IMG/VR virus record: IMGVR_UViG_3300025277_000121
Location: 1 to 27,420 of that record
DNA length: 27,420 nt
Reading direction: 5' to 3' (one strand)
Source of the DNA: a virus
Lineage: Duplodnaviria; Caudoviricetes
This document shows, piece by piece, positions 13,616 through 22,464 of this stretch. The position numbers and the translations under genes were made by a program. A model generated the notes under the pieces. That model had not been told where the DNA came from, searched no databases, and saw nothing but the letters and a program-made list of their open reading frames with translations. Every line of letters starts with the position of its first letter. The first letter of the stretch is position 1.

Positions 13616-16600
13616 TGCCCAGGATAAGCGCCCATCATTTTCTGCTCCTCAACTTGTCTAAGAAAGTCTGAACCTGCCGTAGTTACTTGGTTCACAAGAG
13701 AAGGTGCCGCTTGTTGTAGGCTAGCAGCCATGTTGGCTTGGTCCTCTGTCTCTGGTTCAGTAACTGCTGTAGTGGCGATATTACGCGCTAAGTCTCCAGT
13801 AGCTTGTACTGACTCTCGCATTCCACCGCCTATGGTCATGGCGGCCACGGCCCTAGCTTCTCGGTCAATGAGCTCTCTTATCTTCATAGCCTTCAAGTTT
13901 AAGTCTGCTGATGGGCCAGTGCCAATGCTCAAACGCTTTTTGGCTAATGCTTCCGCCTGGCCTCGAGTCATGCTTTGCCCAGCATTCTGCGCTTTTCCTA
14001 GGATTTCTTCGGTAAGTATTCTAAGAGACCTTTCAGCATCAGCAGCTCTAATAGTGGGCTTGGTCATCCAGTTTAAGAAGTGGCGGTTACGAAGCACTCT
14101 TCCTGCGGCCAGAACGCTAGCAGCTTCCGTTAAAGCCGAAACCGGCTCTGTCATTAGCCTTAAACCAAAAGCCGCTGCAAAAGCCGCCGGGGCTAGCCCA
14201 GACTTTCCTTTCATAGCAGCGTTGCTGTATCTAACAGATTCGTCGGCGACTTTTAACATCCCCTCCACAGTGTCTTTTCCAAGTATTTCATTTAAACCTT
14301 CTCGGTCTTTACGAACAATAGCAGCCCTTAGATTTTTACCAAAATCTCCAGAGGCAATTGTGGTAGGACTAAGACCGGTGTCTCCCACCGCTTCAAACAG
14401 TAGCTTCTCCACTGTCTTGTCTCTAAGGCCACCAACACTGTCAAAGGCGTCCTCACCGACAACTCTTCTTAACGATGAAACCATTGACGGTTCTTTCATT
14501 GCCGCCAGTATTAGATCGTCAGCATTTTCAATTCTTCCAGACCTCATCGCTTTAAATAAAGCGTCCGTGCTCTGAGAAGTGGCGGCTTCCATTGAACTGC
14601 GAAGCGTAGAAACAGCGTCTCTCATCCCCTTATTGGTAATGTTGTCTAGCGTCTCATCAAACAACTTAGCTTGTTGATTGGACCCCAGTAAGTGAAAGTC
14701 CTTTATTAGAGAACGGAATCCTTCAGCTTGTCCCTTAAATAATATGTTTTGCACCTCATCCCCTAAAGCATCAAACTTATTTGCAAAGGAGGCTGCATCC
14801 GTAGCGCCGCCTTTTTTAGAAGAATCCAGCGCCTCTCTCATCCATACACCAGCCAGAATGTCTCTGTTGGTTTCCTTCATTAGTTCTGGGCTTTTTCTTG
14901 CGACCATGTCATCCGCCCACGTAGACAGTGTTTCAGCCATATCATCCATGTACGTCATAGACAACTTATAAAAAGGACTGCTTTGGTCGCCTGCCCTTAA
15001 AACAGCAGCAATACCTTCAGGCGGTCTGCCAACCACTTTGCTAGTTATTCTATTGTTGTTTAGAAACGAAACAACCGAGTCAACATCTCCATTTCTTGCG
15101 GCTTGAGCGGCGTCAGACCACACTCTTGGGTCTGTAGGAAGTCTCTTCAGTTCATCAATATTAGATATATTTAAATCATCTAGCCAAGATCTTAAAAATT
15201 CAGGCCGTCGGTTTTTTATGACAGAATCCGCCACATCCACCATATCAGCGTATATCCCTTCCTCCATCAAAGTCCTGAGGCTGGTTATTTTTCCTTTATT
15301 AAAAGCCTCTTTGCCGTCACTGTAATGCTTGTTGGCTGCTCGTAATGCCTCAATACCTTTCGCTCGCTGCTCTATGGTCGCCTTAGATACTGACCTAGGT
15401 GCGTACCTAGTGCCTGTACCTATACCGGAACTAATTTCGTTAGCCGTTCCGCCTGCCATAACCCTCTCGTAACTTCCGGCAAGCTCCCCAGCTTTGTCTT
15501 CCATCATCTTGGTTATGCTGTTGACAAGGTTTTTAATATCAGCATCAACAACCTCTCCTACAGCGTCTGAGCCTTTACCATGTGCTTGCAGCACTTGCCT
15601 GACCACATTGAGATCCGTCAACGAAATAGTAGGGCCTACCTGGTCAAGAAACTCAAAGAGTGGCTTATCTTTAAGACCAGATCCTAAGGGCCTAGCCACT
15701 ATACGGGCAGCCTCGTCCTTCAACAATTTGGTACTGAAGGCAAGCACATCTGGGTCAAGTAATTTGTTTGCGTTCTCAAAGAGCTCCGTACTGTTTTGCT
15801 GCCACAGCCTTACTCTCTGCCCTATCTGCTCTTTAAAATAGGCAGCCTCACTAGGGTTGGACGAACGGGCAAAATTTTTCTGCAAAGCATCCATTTCACC
15901 GTCTATAAGAAATTTCAGTTGCTTGTTCGCCAGTTTGACCGCTTCGTCTGGGTCTCGCATGGCGTTTTTAACAATCCGCATCACTTCAGTCGAGTTTCGT
16001 TCCAAAGCTTGATCAAGAGCAGACTGAGACAATTCCCCGCGCTTGTACTGCCCAAGAAGCTTCTCCACGTGAGCAGCGTTTTGAATAGCTGGCCCCTCAT
16101 AAGGTAAGATGGCTTCATAAATACCCTGAAGCCTAGACAAAATAGATTTTCCTGTAGCCTCTCCTATTGCTGGCACGGCTCTAGTTTCTCTAGCTTCCTT
16201 AAGAGCCTGTCTTCGTGCCTGTCTTAAAGTTGCCCCTTGGGATACAAGTTCCTTAATACGCGCCTCATCCGGCCTTGTACCCATAGCGGTTCTTACTTCT
16301 GTTCGAGCTTCTTGGCCAGCTAAATCTCGAGCTTCTTTCGCAGTAAGTCCACTCTGTTGCAGTTCAAAGATGCGCTCTTTATTTGGTGCTCCTCCTCCTT
16401 TGACAACGCGTCTTATTAATCTTCCCGCTCCTCCTATTACAAAATCGCCAGTGGCAGCTAAAACACTCTCAAAAGCCACATCTTTCCACACATCTCTGGC
16501 GTTTTGGTCCTGGAGATCGCGGACCAAATCCTCTTCTATAAATTCGTCAGCAGCTTTTCCTACGCCAGCACCAACGCCAACCAGCAGAGCGGACAATGGT

Positions 16601-17160
16601 ATGCCAGCACCTAAGCTGGCAGCGGCTACTCCAGCAGCCATAGAACCTATAATTGGGCCTTGGTAGTCGCCCGCAAAACCAACAACATCGGATAAATCGA
16701 ACATGCCAAGAATATCGCCGCCGGGGCGATTGACATAAATGGTTCCAGAACCAGGAAGGTTATACTCTTCCTTCTTTTCAGGAGAAATCTTGTCAAGAAG
16801 CAATACAAATTCGCCGTCTGGCGCTTTCTCAAAAGTTCCCTCGCCAAACTCTCTGGCCAATCGCATAGCTCGACCTGTGTCGTTGTCTGCTTTTGCGTAG
16901 TTATACTGAAAAGAAACTCCCTCTACTTCACCTTCGTTAGTTGGTTGGTAGGCTTGATCTTTGCCGCCAGCGCCAAAGTGAGCTCTCAGATCCTCGTAAG
17001 AGGCGGTTGCTATATCAAAATCATCTTCAGGAGTTTCGGCTTGTGCATCTTGTCCAAAAATAGAACTCTGGATAAGTTCTATTTCTTGTTCCGTAGGCTG
17101 TTCTCCAGCAATTTCAAATTTTACTGGACCATCGGGAGTTTCAAAAACAGCGGTGCCCAT
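13612..17160 (-). CDS. Large virion protein, probable ejection/internal core protein (1182 aa)
   Basis: Last large gene of the virion operon; helical Ala-rich composition; Gly/Ala hydrophobic stretches GPIIGSMAAGVAAASLGAGIPLSALLVGVGAG and GLAPAAFAAAFGL. Confidence 0.7.
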   Translation of the reverse strand: MGTAVFETPDGPVKFEIAGEQPTEQEIELIQSSIFGQDAQAETPEDDFDIATASYEDLRAHFGAGGKDQAYQPTNEGEVEGVSFQYNYAKADNDTGRAMRLAREFGEGTFEKAPDGEFVLLLDKISPEKKEEYNLPGSGTIYVNRPGGDILGMFDLSDVVGFAGDYQGPIIGSMAAGVAAASLGAGIPLSALLVGVGAGVGKAADEFIEEDLVRDLQDQNARDVWKDVAFESVLAATGDFVIGGAGRLIRRVVKGGGAPNKERIFELQQSGLTAKEARDLAGQEARTEVRTAMGTRPDEARIKELVSQGATLRQARRQALKEARETRAVPAIGEATGKSILSRLQGIYEAILPYEGPAIQNAAHVEKLLGQYKRGELSQSALDQALERNSTEVMRIVKNAMRDPDEAVKLANKQLKFLIDGEMDALQKNFARSSNPSEAAYFKEQIGQRVRLWQQNSTELFENANKLLDPDVLAFSTKLLKDEAARIVARPLGSGLKDKPLFEFLDQVGPTISLTDLNVVRQVLQAHGKGSDAVGEVVDADIKNLVNSITKMMEDKAGELAGSYERVMAGGTANEISSGIGTGTRYAPRSVSKATIEQRAKGIEALRAANKHYSDGKEAFNKGKITSLRTLMEEGIYADMVDVADSVIKNRRPEFLRSWLDDLNISNIDELKRLPTDPRVWSDAAQAARNGDVDSVVSFLNNNRITSKVVGRPPEGIAAVLRAGDQSSPFYKLSMTYMDDMAETLSTWADDMVARKSPELMKETNRDILAGVWMREALDSSKKGGATDAASFANKFDALGDEVQNILFKGQAEGFRSLIKDFHLLGSNQQAKLFDETLDNITNKGMRDAVSTLRSSMEAATSQSTDALFKAMRSGRIENADDLILAAMKEPSMVSSLRRVVGEDAFDSVGGLRDKTVEKLLFEAVGDTGLSPTTIASGDFGKNLRAAIVRKDREGLNEILGKDTVEGMLKVADESVRYSNAAMKGKSGLAPAAFAAAFGLRLMTEPVSALTEAASVLAAGRVLRNRHFLNWMTKPTIRAADAERSLRILTEEILGKAQNAGQSMTRGQAEALAKKRLSIGTGPSADLNLKAMKIRELIDREARAVAAMTIGGGMRESVQATGDLARNIATTAVTEPETEDQANMAASLQQAAPSLVNQVTTAGSDFLRQVEEQKMMGAYPGQ

Positions 17161-17162
17161 AG

Positions 17163-19799
17163 CTAGCTCCCTGTGCTTTTCTTAAATGGTGTCTCAGCTA
17201 ATCTTAAATTCTCTAGTGTCGGACTAAAAAACTGGTCTTGGAAATGCGTTCCTTGTGCACCATAAAGTCTCATTGTTTCTGTTTTTGGATCGAATTTAAA
17301 TGTATAACTTGAACCTCCACGTTTTTTCACTCCAGATCTTCTTTGCATAGCTGCTTCAATTTCCGGAATATAAGGGCTAAGCTTTAGGGCCTCTCTCCGT
17401 TTGCTGTAAGAAGCCCCTTCTAAACGGGTAAGAACTGAAAGATATTCCCTTTCCGCTTCGTCTGCCTGTTTTGAAAACACGGACAAAGTTTGCTGCAATC
17501 TGTCAACCATAACCTCCTTATTGGCTGTAATTAAGGCAAGATCAAACACTCCCCCACCTTTATTAGATGTCCAAGCTGCGTCAAGATAGGCATCTGCTAA
17601 AAGTTCTACATCCCTGTTTGAGATAGAATTGGCTGTCTGAGCTTCTCCTAGACTCACAGGAATAAGTTTTTGGAGTCCCAGTTTTATGGCGGCTTTAGCT
17701 TCGTCTCTACTGGTAAACTGAGTGGAAATGTCCTTAAATCCAATAGCCTTTAGAGCGTTCCCCATAAGAGTTTTAGCGGCACCAGATATTCCTATAATAT
17801 CGTCAGGTCTTGTAGCTAATAGTTCTATAACACTAGACATGGCGGTAGTGCCTACTTCCGCGCTAATTAAATCCTTGGTTGCTGTCTTCAACTGAAGTTT
17901 TAAATCTTTGGCTTCTTGGTACCCTATAAGACCTTCTTTTCGCTGGGTCTCAATCGCAGCACGTATTGCTTTGGCCTGTTCTGTGGCCTGTTTCTGTGCT
18001 GCTAAAACAAAATTCTCTGACCTAAGTCCTTCCGGCATTACGCCACCGGACGCCATAATTTCGGCTTGAGAGATAAATCTCACTTCCCCATATGGATTTT
18101 CTTTTGTTGCTTTGCTAGTGTCATAGAACATGTGTGTCTTCCTAGCGTCTGCATTTCTTTGAGTCCTTTCCGCCGTTAAAGCCTGTATGCCGTATTTAGC
18201 TGCGGATAAATCAATCTGCCTCTTAAAAGCACGCTGTTCTTTAGCATCTTCACCAACAATGTCAGCGTGTTCTTTTAAAGCTTCACCTATGTTCACAAGG
18301 GCATGCGGGCTTTTACCAGCCATCATGGCTGCGCCTAAACGCATCCAATCTAATCCTTTTTCTTCGGAAGTTTTCCCTTCCCATTCAGGCATTGAGTCTA
18401 TAAATTCTTGCTTAAATGCAGCTAGTTTTTCTGAGTCTAACGCTTCCTCGTTTTCATCGGATGCAAGATCTCTAAAAAGAGCCTCTCCTACATTATCTGT
18501 TTTTTCACGATTCATATACGGATCGTTACTCAACAGTAACCCAGCAGAATTAACGGCACTAGTTGTATCACTATCACTAGTTGTAGTTGTTTCAGTATCA
18601 GTATCAGTAGTTGAATCCACTGCTTCTGTTTCTGTTATCTCTGGACCAGAAACAGCGTCGTCTGTCGAAAGTGACTCGAGGTCTGCGTATGGTGGGCGGA
18701 TGTTCTGGGAAAGACCTTCGCCATAGCGTCTATCCGCCGAACGAACGAGTTCTAGACCTCTCATCTTCATGCGCTCGTCTGATTGCAATAACTCCTCTGC
18801 TAAGGTTTCCCCAGGTATACCACCTCCAGCTGTTATTTCAGCTAACTTATCTTGGGCGACTTGAGAGACAGTCCTAGGAAGGTCCCCCAATTCAGGCCGC
18901 ATACTCCCACTAGGACCATGACCCGCCCATCCTTTTAATACCGGAGGCAGTTCTGTACCTAGAGTTGCGCCTTCCTCAGTCATCACGTTACGGTGCCTCT
19001 CTCCCTCCGCAAACCGCCGCAGAGCATCCAACTTAGCGGCCTCGGCGGTATATCCCGCCGGAACTAAGGCAGGTCGATCCCGCCAGTCGTCTTCGACCAA
19101 ACTTTGCGGAGCAGCGGCTACAGCAGTCATGGGGCTGGTGCCGTTTACCTGTTCAGCCACGGACACATCTGGTGAATCATAACCGGTCCATGAGGCTTCC
19201 GGAGGCCCACCGGGAATCATATCTCCCGCAGGAGAAGGAACGGGGCTAGTGCCGTTTACCTGTTCAGCCACGGACACATCGCTAGCCAAATCGGTTACGC
19301 TGCTTAATAAGTCTTCACCTCGGTCTACCAGACCAGCACCAGCGGACAGAGCTTGGTTTATCATATCCTGAGCAACGGCAGGCGCAACATTAAAAGCTTC
19401 GACTATCGCATCAACCGCACTGACTCCTTGAGCCTTTGCGGCAGTTACTATTTCATGGACCTTACTGAACACTTTATTAAAGGCACTATCTTGGTAGCCT
19501 TCCACAGATCTAATCACTTCTTCAAACGGAACATTCTGCAAATTCCCCGGAAGTTCACCGTCAACCCCTGCAATATCCAAGTATGTGGTAGGTACATCAG
19601 ATTGCTTTAATCCTGCCGGACGAGCACCCAAAGCAATTCCACCTCGAGCGTAATTGACCAGTCCACCTTCGTTCAAGGTCACTGAATCTATAAGAGGCGA
19701 AGATGAAGCTAGGATGCCTGCCGCTTGACTGGGAGGAACCAACCCCCCACCACGGAACATCATGCGGTTAGCTAGGATGGATTTAATTAGCTTGGCCAT
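17163..19799 (-). CDS. Probable internal virion/ejection protein (878 aa) with disordered acidic N-half
   Basis: Position in the operon; N-terminal FRGGG/LNEGG/YARGG motifs; WMRLGAAMMAGKSP.AL.NI core; NSISNRDV motif. Confidence 0.68.
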   Translation of the reverse strand: MAKLIKSILANRMMFRGGGLVPPSQAAGILASSSPLIDSVTLNEGGLVNYARGGIALGARPAGLKQSDVPTTYLDIAGVDGELPGNLQNVPFEEVIRSVEGYQDSAFNKVFSKVHEIVTAAKAQGVSAVDAIVEAFNVAPAVAQDMINQALSAGAGLVDRGEDLLSSVTDLASDVSVAEQVNGTSPVPSPAGDMIPGGPPEASWTGYDSPDVSVAEQVNGTSPMTAVAAAPQSLVEDDWRDRPALVPAGYTAEAAKLDALRRFAEGERHRNVMTEEGATLGTELPPVLKGWAGHGPSGSMRPELGDLPRTVSQVAQDKLAEITAGGGIPGETLAEELLQSDERMKMRGLELVRSADRRYGEGLSQNIRPPYADLESLSTDDAVSGPEITETEAVDSTTDTDTETTTTSDSDTTSAVNSAGLLLSNDPYMNREKTDNVGEALFRDLASDENEEALDSEKLAAFKQEFIDSMPEWEGKTSEEKGLDWMRLGAAMMAGKSPHALVNIGEALKEHADIVGEDAKEQRAFKRQIDLSAAKYGIQALTAERTQRNADARKTHMFYDTSKATKENPYGEVRFISQAEIMASGGVMPEGLRSENFVLAAQKQATEQAKAIRAAIETQRKEGLIGYQEAKDLKLQLKTATKDLISAEVGTTAMSSVIELLATRPDDIIGISGAAKTLMGNALKAIGFKDISTQFTSRDEAKAAIKLGLQKLIPVSLGEAQTANSISNRDVELLADAYLDAAWTSNKGGGVFDLALITANKEVMVDRLQQTLSVFSKQADEAEREYLSVLTRLEGASYSKRREALKLSPYIPEIEAAMQRRSGVKKRGGSSYTFKFDPKTETMRLYGAQGTHFQDQFFSPTLENLRLAETPFKKSTGS
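19131..19280 (-). repeat. 39-bp in-frame direct repeat (DVSVAEQVNGTSP x2)
   Basis: 19131-19169 and 19242-19280, 38 of 39 identical, 111-nt period. Confidence 0.9.
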
Positions 19800-19802
19800 T
19801 AG

Positions 19803-20837
19803 CTACCGTCCTTGTGGATTAAAGTAGTTGCCGATAGGATTTCCAAGAGCTTGGTTTAGACCAAGGCCGGCAATACCCGCGCCCACTGCTTGAGACAAGA
19901 AACTGGGTGATGGGGCGGTTGTGGCTTGAAGAGTAGACTGTCCGCTGCTGATTTGAGGCTTAAAGATATCGGCCATATAGCCTATTCTCTGGAACGGCTC
20001 ATAAAGCTGCTGCATTTCCGTTTGCCGTGCCGCGTCGAGCTCGCGCTGCGCTTGAGTCTGCCTAAGAGCGCCAAACTGCGACTCTATCTGCGCCTGCTGT
20101 CCAAGGAGGTTCTGTCCTAAAGTGGCAATACCTGTCTGCTGAGTGCCGAGCTGACCGGCTGTCTGTGCACCGGAAAGAGCCGTTTGCGCCTGCTGTCCGC
20201 CAATACCTGACAATAGTTGAGAAATATTTTGCTGGCGCCTCTGCTGGTTCTCAAAAGCTGTCTGCGAGGCGTTTTGTGCCTGATTGAAATTTCGCGACAG
20301 GTCTTCAAAAATCCTACGGCTTTGTATATCAAAAAGATTGCGGTTTAATTCCTGCTGGGCAATTCCTTGACGGCTGCCTCCAAAAGCGCCACTACCCACT
20401 CCCTGTGCGCTAAGCTGGTTCTGCTGCATCTGCGCTTGACGTGCCATTTCCTGCACAGCGTCTTGCGTAACCAGACTCTGGTACGGGTCCATGAACGGCG
20501 CAATCTGCGTTGCGGGGTCAAACCCAGCTCCAGTGCCTGCTGTCGCTTGAGCCGCCTGCGCTAGTTGCTGCTGCGCCACCGGTAGCTGCTGTTGCAATCC
20601 AGCAAGACCCCCGGCGATAGTGTCTGCGCCAGTGGTTAGAAAGGGCCGGTACTGGCCGATACCTTGGCCAGTTGCAATCGCCTGTTCTGTGAGCGGGTCA
20701 AGGCCGGCAACCTCAATGCCCGGAATTTTTACTGGGGTTTCGCCCCTAGCAAACGCAATGTCAAGCAATCTCCTTTGCTTAGCCTCAAGATAAGGAGCTT
20801 GTCTAAGTACTTGGGTCTGGGTGGTAGTGTCAGCCAT
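19803..20837 (-). CDS. Gln/Ala/Gly-rich probable ejection (DNA pilot-like) protein
   Basis: FMDPYQ..V, GAFGGSRQGI, YEPFQRIGY, hydrophobic C-terminus QAVGAGIAGLGL. Confidence 0.68.
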   Translation of the reverse strand: MADTTTQTQVLRQAPYLEAKQRRLLDIAFARGETPVKIPGIEVAGLDPLTEQAIATGQGIGQYRPFLTTGADTIAGGLAGLQQQLPVAQQQLAQAAQATAGTGAGFDPATQIAPFMDPYQSLVTQDAVQEMARQAQMQQNQLSAQGVGSGAFGGSRQGIAQQELNRNLFDIQSRRIFEDLSRNFNQAQNASQTAFENQQRRQQNISQLLSGIGGQQAQTALSGAQTAGQLGTQQTGIATLGQNLLGQQAQIESQFGALRQTQAQRELDAARQTEMQQLYEPFQRIGYMADIFKPQISSGQSTLQATTAPSPSFLSQAVGAGIAGLGLNQALGNPIGNYFNPQGR

Positions 20838-22144
20838 TACGCGACTCTCTCAAATTGTTGCATCATGTCGTACATTCTTGCGGCTCCTTGTTGCCTGTTA
20901 CCACCGCCTGCGCCTCTCACAGCGTCTGCTGTCATTACAAACTCCCCATCGGAAAGAAGTGCCGGAATGCTGTCAGAAGTCCCTGTGCCGGGGCCATTTA
21001 TTGCGCCACCATCAGCGACGTTATAGCTACTATCTTGATACTTTTTAGCGGCGTCGAAGGGAATGCCGGTTACACCGGCCAACCGCGACCTAGTAAAAGC
21101 CGGAACGACACCCGCTATTTGGAGAAGCTTTCGTGCGAGAGGGCTATTTTTCTTACTCGGGGGAAGCGCTAAATATTTGTCATATGCCTCTATTTGCGGG
21201 TCCCCAGCGACACCCTCTCCCGGCTCACCATCCTCGTCTTCGTCAAAAGCGCCAAGGGCGTACGCACCTAGGCCAGCACCACCCAATAGAAGGGCACCTT
21301 TGGTCAAAGGGCTTTGGCCGCCCCACCACCCAGATAGACCGCCTTTGGACTGGACATCATTTCCATAGTCTATAATCTCAGAAACCCCCGCTTGATATTC
21401 TGGGTTGGGTAAGTAAGGTTCTCCTTCTTGGTATCCTGGTGGGTATATATTTTGCGGGCCAACTTGGGGGGATACCACTCTAGTTGTAGGGGCTTGCCTA
21501 CTCAAATCCGTTACTTGAGCTCCGGGACCTGTTTTAGGCACCGGACTAGGCACCGAACTAGCTCCTGGTATTCCTTGCCCAAAAATACCCTCTTGGAATG
21601 CGGCTGTCGGTGATCTAAATATGTTTCCTACCGCTTGTTGTGCACCGCCAAAGAAGCTTTGTCCGCTTTTGCCAATACTACCCAGTCCGCCCATTAAAGC
21701 TTGCGTGCCGCCTGTCAGCAAAACGTTCTTAAATATGTCAGAAGCCCCCCCGCCTGAAATTGCGGTTCCTAGGGCAGACCCCACTATGCCACCAATACCG
21801 GGAGCAATAAGGTTGCCTACAATAGGCAATGCCATGGGTATAATCTTTTTGATAGCCTTGAATATCTTCTTAAAGAAAAACTCAGGCTGCCCAGTTAAAG
21901 GGTTGATTGAGTTGAACTCACTTCCAACTACATAGCGGCTAGGTTCTTCAATACCCATCGCCTGCATCTGTCGGAAAATGTCGTTCTTTAAACCTGGATT
22001 CGCCTGTAAAACCTCGGCAGGAATGATGGTCTCGCCTTCGGCGGCGTGCACCATGTAGTCATCGCCGTAACGGCCTAAAGTGGCCAACCCACCCGCCAAT
22101 GCTTGGGCAGTAGGTTCACCCGTTAGTTTTGGTCCTGTCTCCAT
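20837..22144 (-). CDS. Probable internal virion protein with GPGTGTSDSIPA.LS.GEFV domain
   Basis: N-terminal GRYGD...HAAEGETIIP...INPLTGQPEF; Gly-rich hydrophobic segments; C-terminal tape-measure-type motif; TGATG overlap puts the start at 22144. Confidence 0.72.
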   Translation of the reverse strand: METGPKLTGEPTAQALAGGLATLGRYGDDYMVHAAEGETIIPAEVLQANPGLKNDIFRQMQAMGIEEPSRYVVGSEFNSINPLTGQPEFFFKKIFKAIKKIIPMALPIVGNLIAPGIGGIVGSALGTAISGGGASDIFKNVLLTGGTQALMGGLGSIGKSGQSFFGGAQQAVGNIFRSPTAAFQEGIFGQGIPGASSVPSPVPKTGPGAQVTDLSRQAPTTRVVSPQVGPQNIYPPGYQEGEPYLPNPEYQAGVSEIIDYGNDVQSKGGLSGWWGGQSPLTKGALLLGGAGLGAYALGAFDEDEDGEPGEGVAGDPQIEAYDKYLALPPSKKNSPLARKLLQIAGVVPAFTRSRLAGVTGIPFDAAKKYQDSSYNVADGGAINGPGTGTSDSIPALLSDGEFVMTADAVRGAGGGNRQQGAARMYDMMQQFERVA

Positions 22145-22464
22145 CAAGAAATCTCCAATACGCTAGCAAAAACATAAATCTTACTTGCTGTGTCGCAATT
22201 TAATTGCAGCGTATCGCCGGCCTCGAGGACAAAAGGGCCGGTGAGAGACGTTTCGGCGTCAGACGCCATGCTGGTTTTATCCAGCGTAATCAACGTAGAG
22301 GCAGAACTGTCGTTAATCATAGACAACACGACAATTGCGCCGCTATGGCTATTATACAAATTTATATTTTTGATAATAGCTTCTGTGGCAGAAGGGCACG
22401 TATATATGGTGACAGTGTCTGTCACTCCTACCAAAGCCGCCGCATTTTTATAGGCAGAAGCCAT
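22144..22464 (-). CDS. Small beta-rich virion (tail-associated) protein
   Basis: MASAYKNA...TIYTCPSATEAIIKNI...PFVLEAGDTLQL...SVLEIS; stop/start overlaps on both sides. Confidence 0.75.
   Translation of the reverse strand: MASAYKNAAALVGVTDTVTIYTCPSATEAIIKNINLYNSHSGAIVVLSMINDSSASTLITLDKTSMASDAETSLTGPFVLEAGDTLQLNCDTASKIYVFASVLEIS

Noticed and set aside
13730-14575. 281-aa + strand ORF and other antisense ORFs over the virion genes (e.g. 18187-18726)
   Set aside because: Antisense shadows of long - strand genes; Ser/Ala-rich, no motifs or RBS
19131-19280. Diversity-generating retroelement TR/VR pair
   Set aside because: Short in-frame coding repeat with one mismatch; no reverse transcriptase in the window
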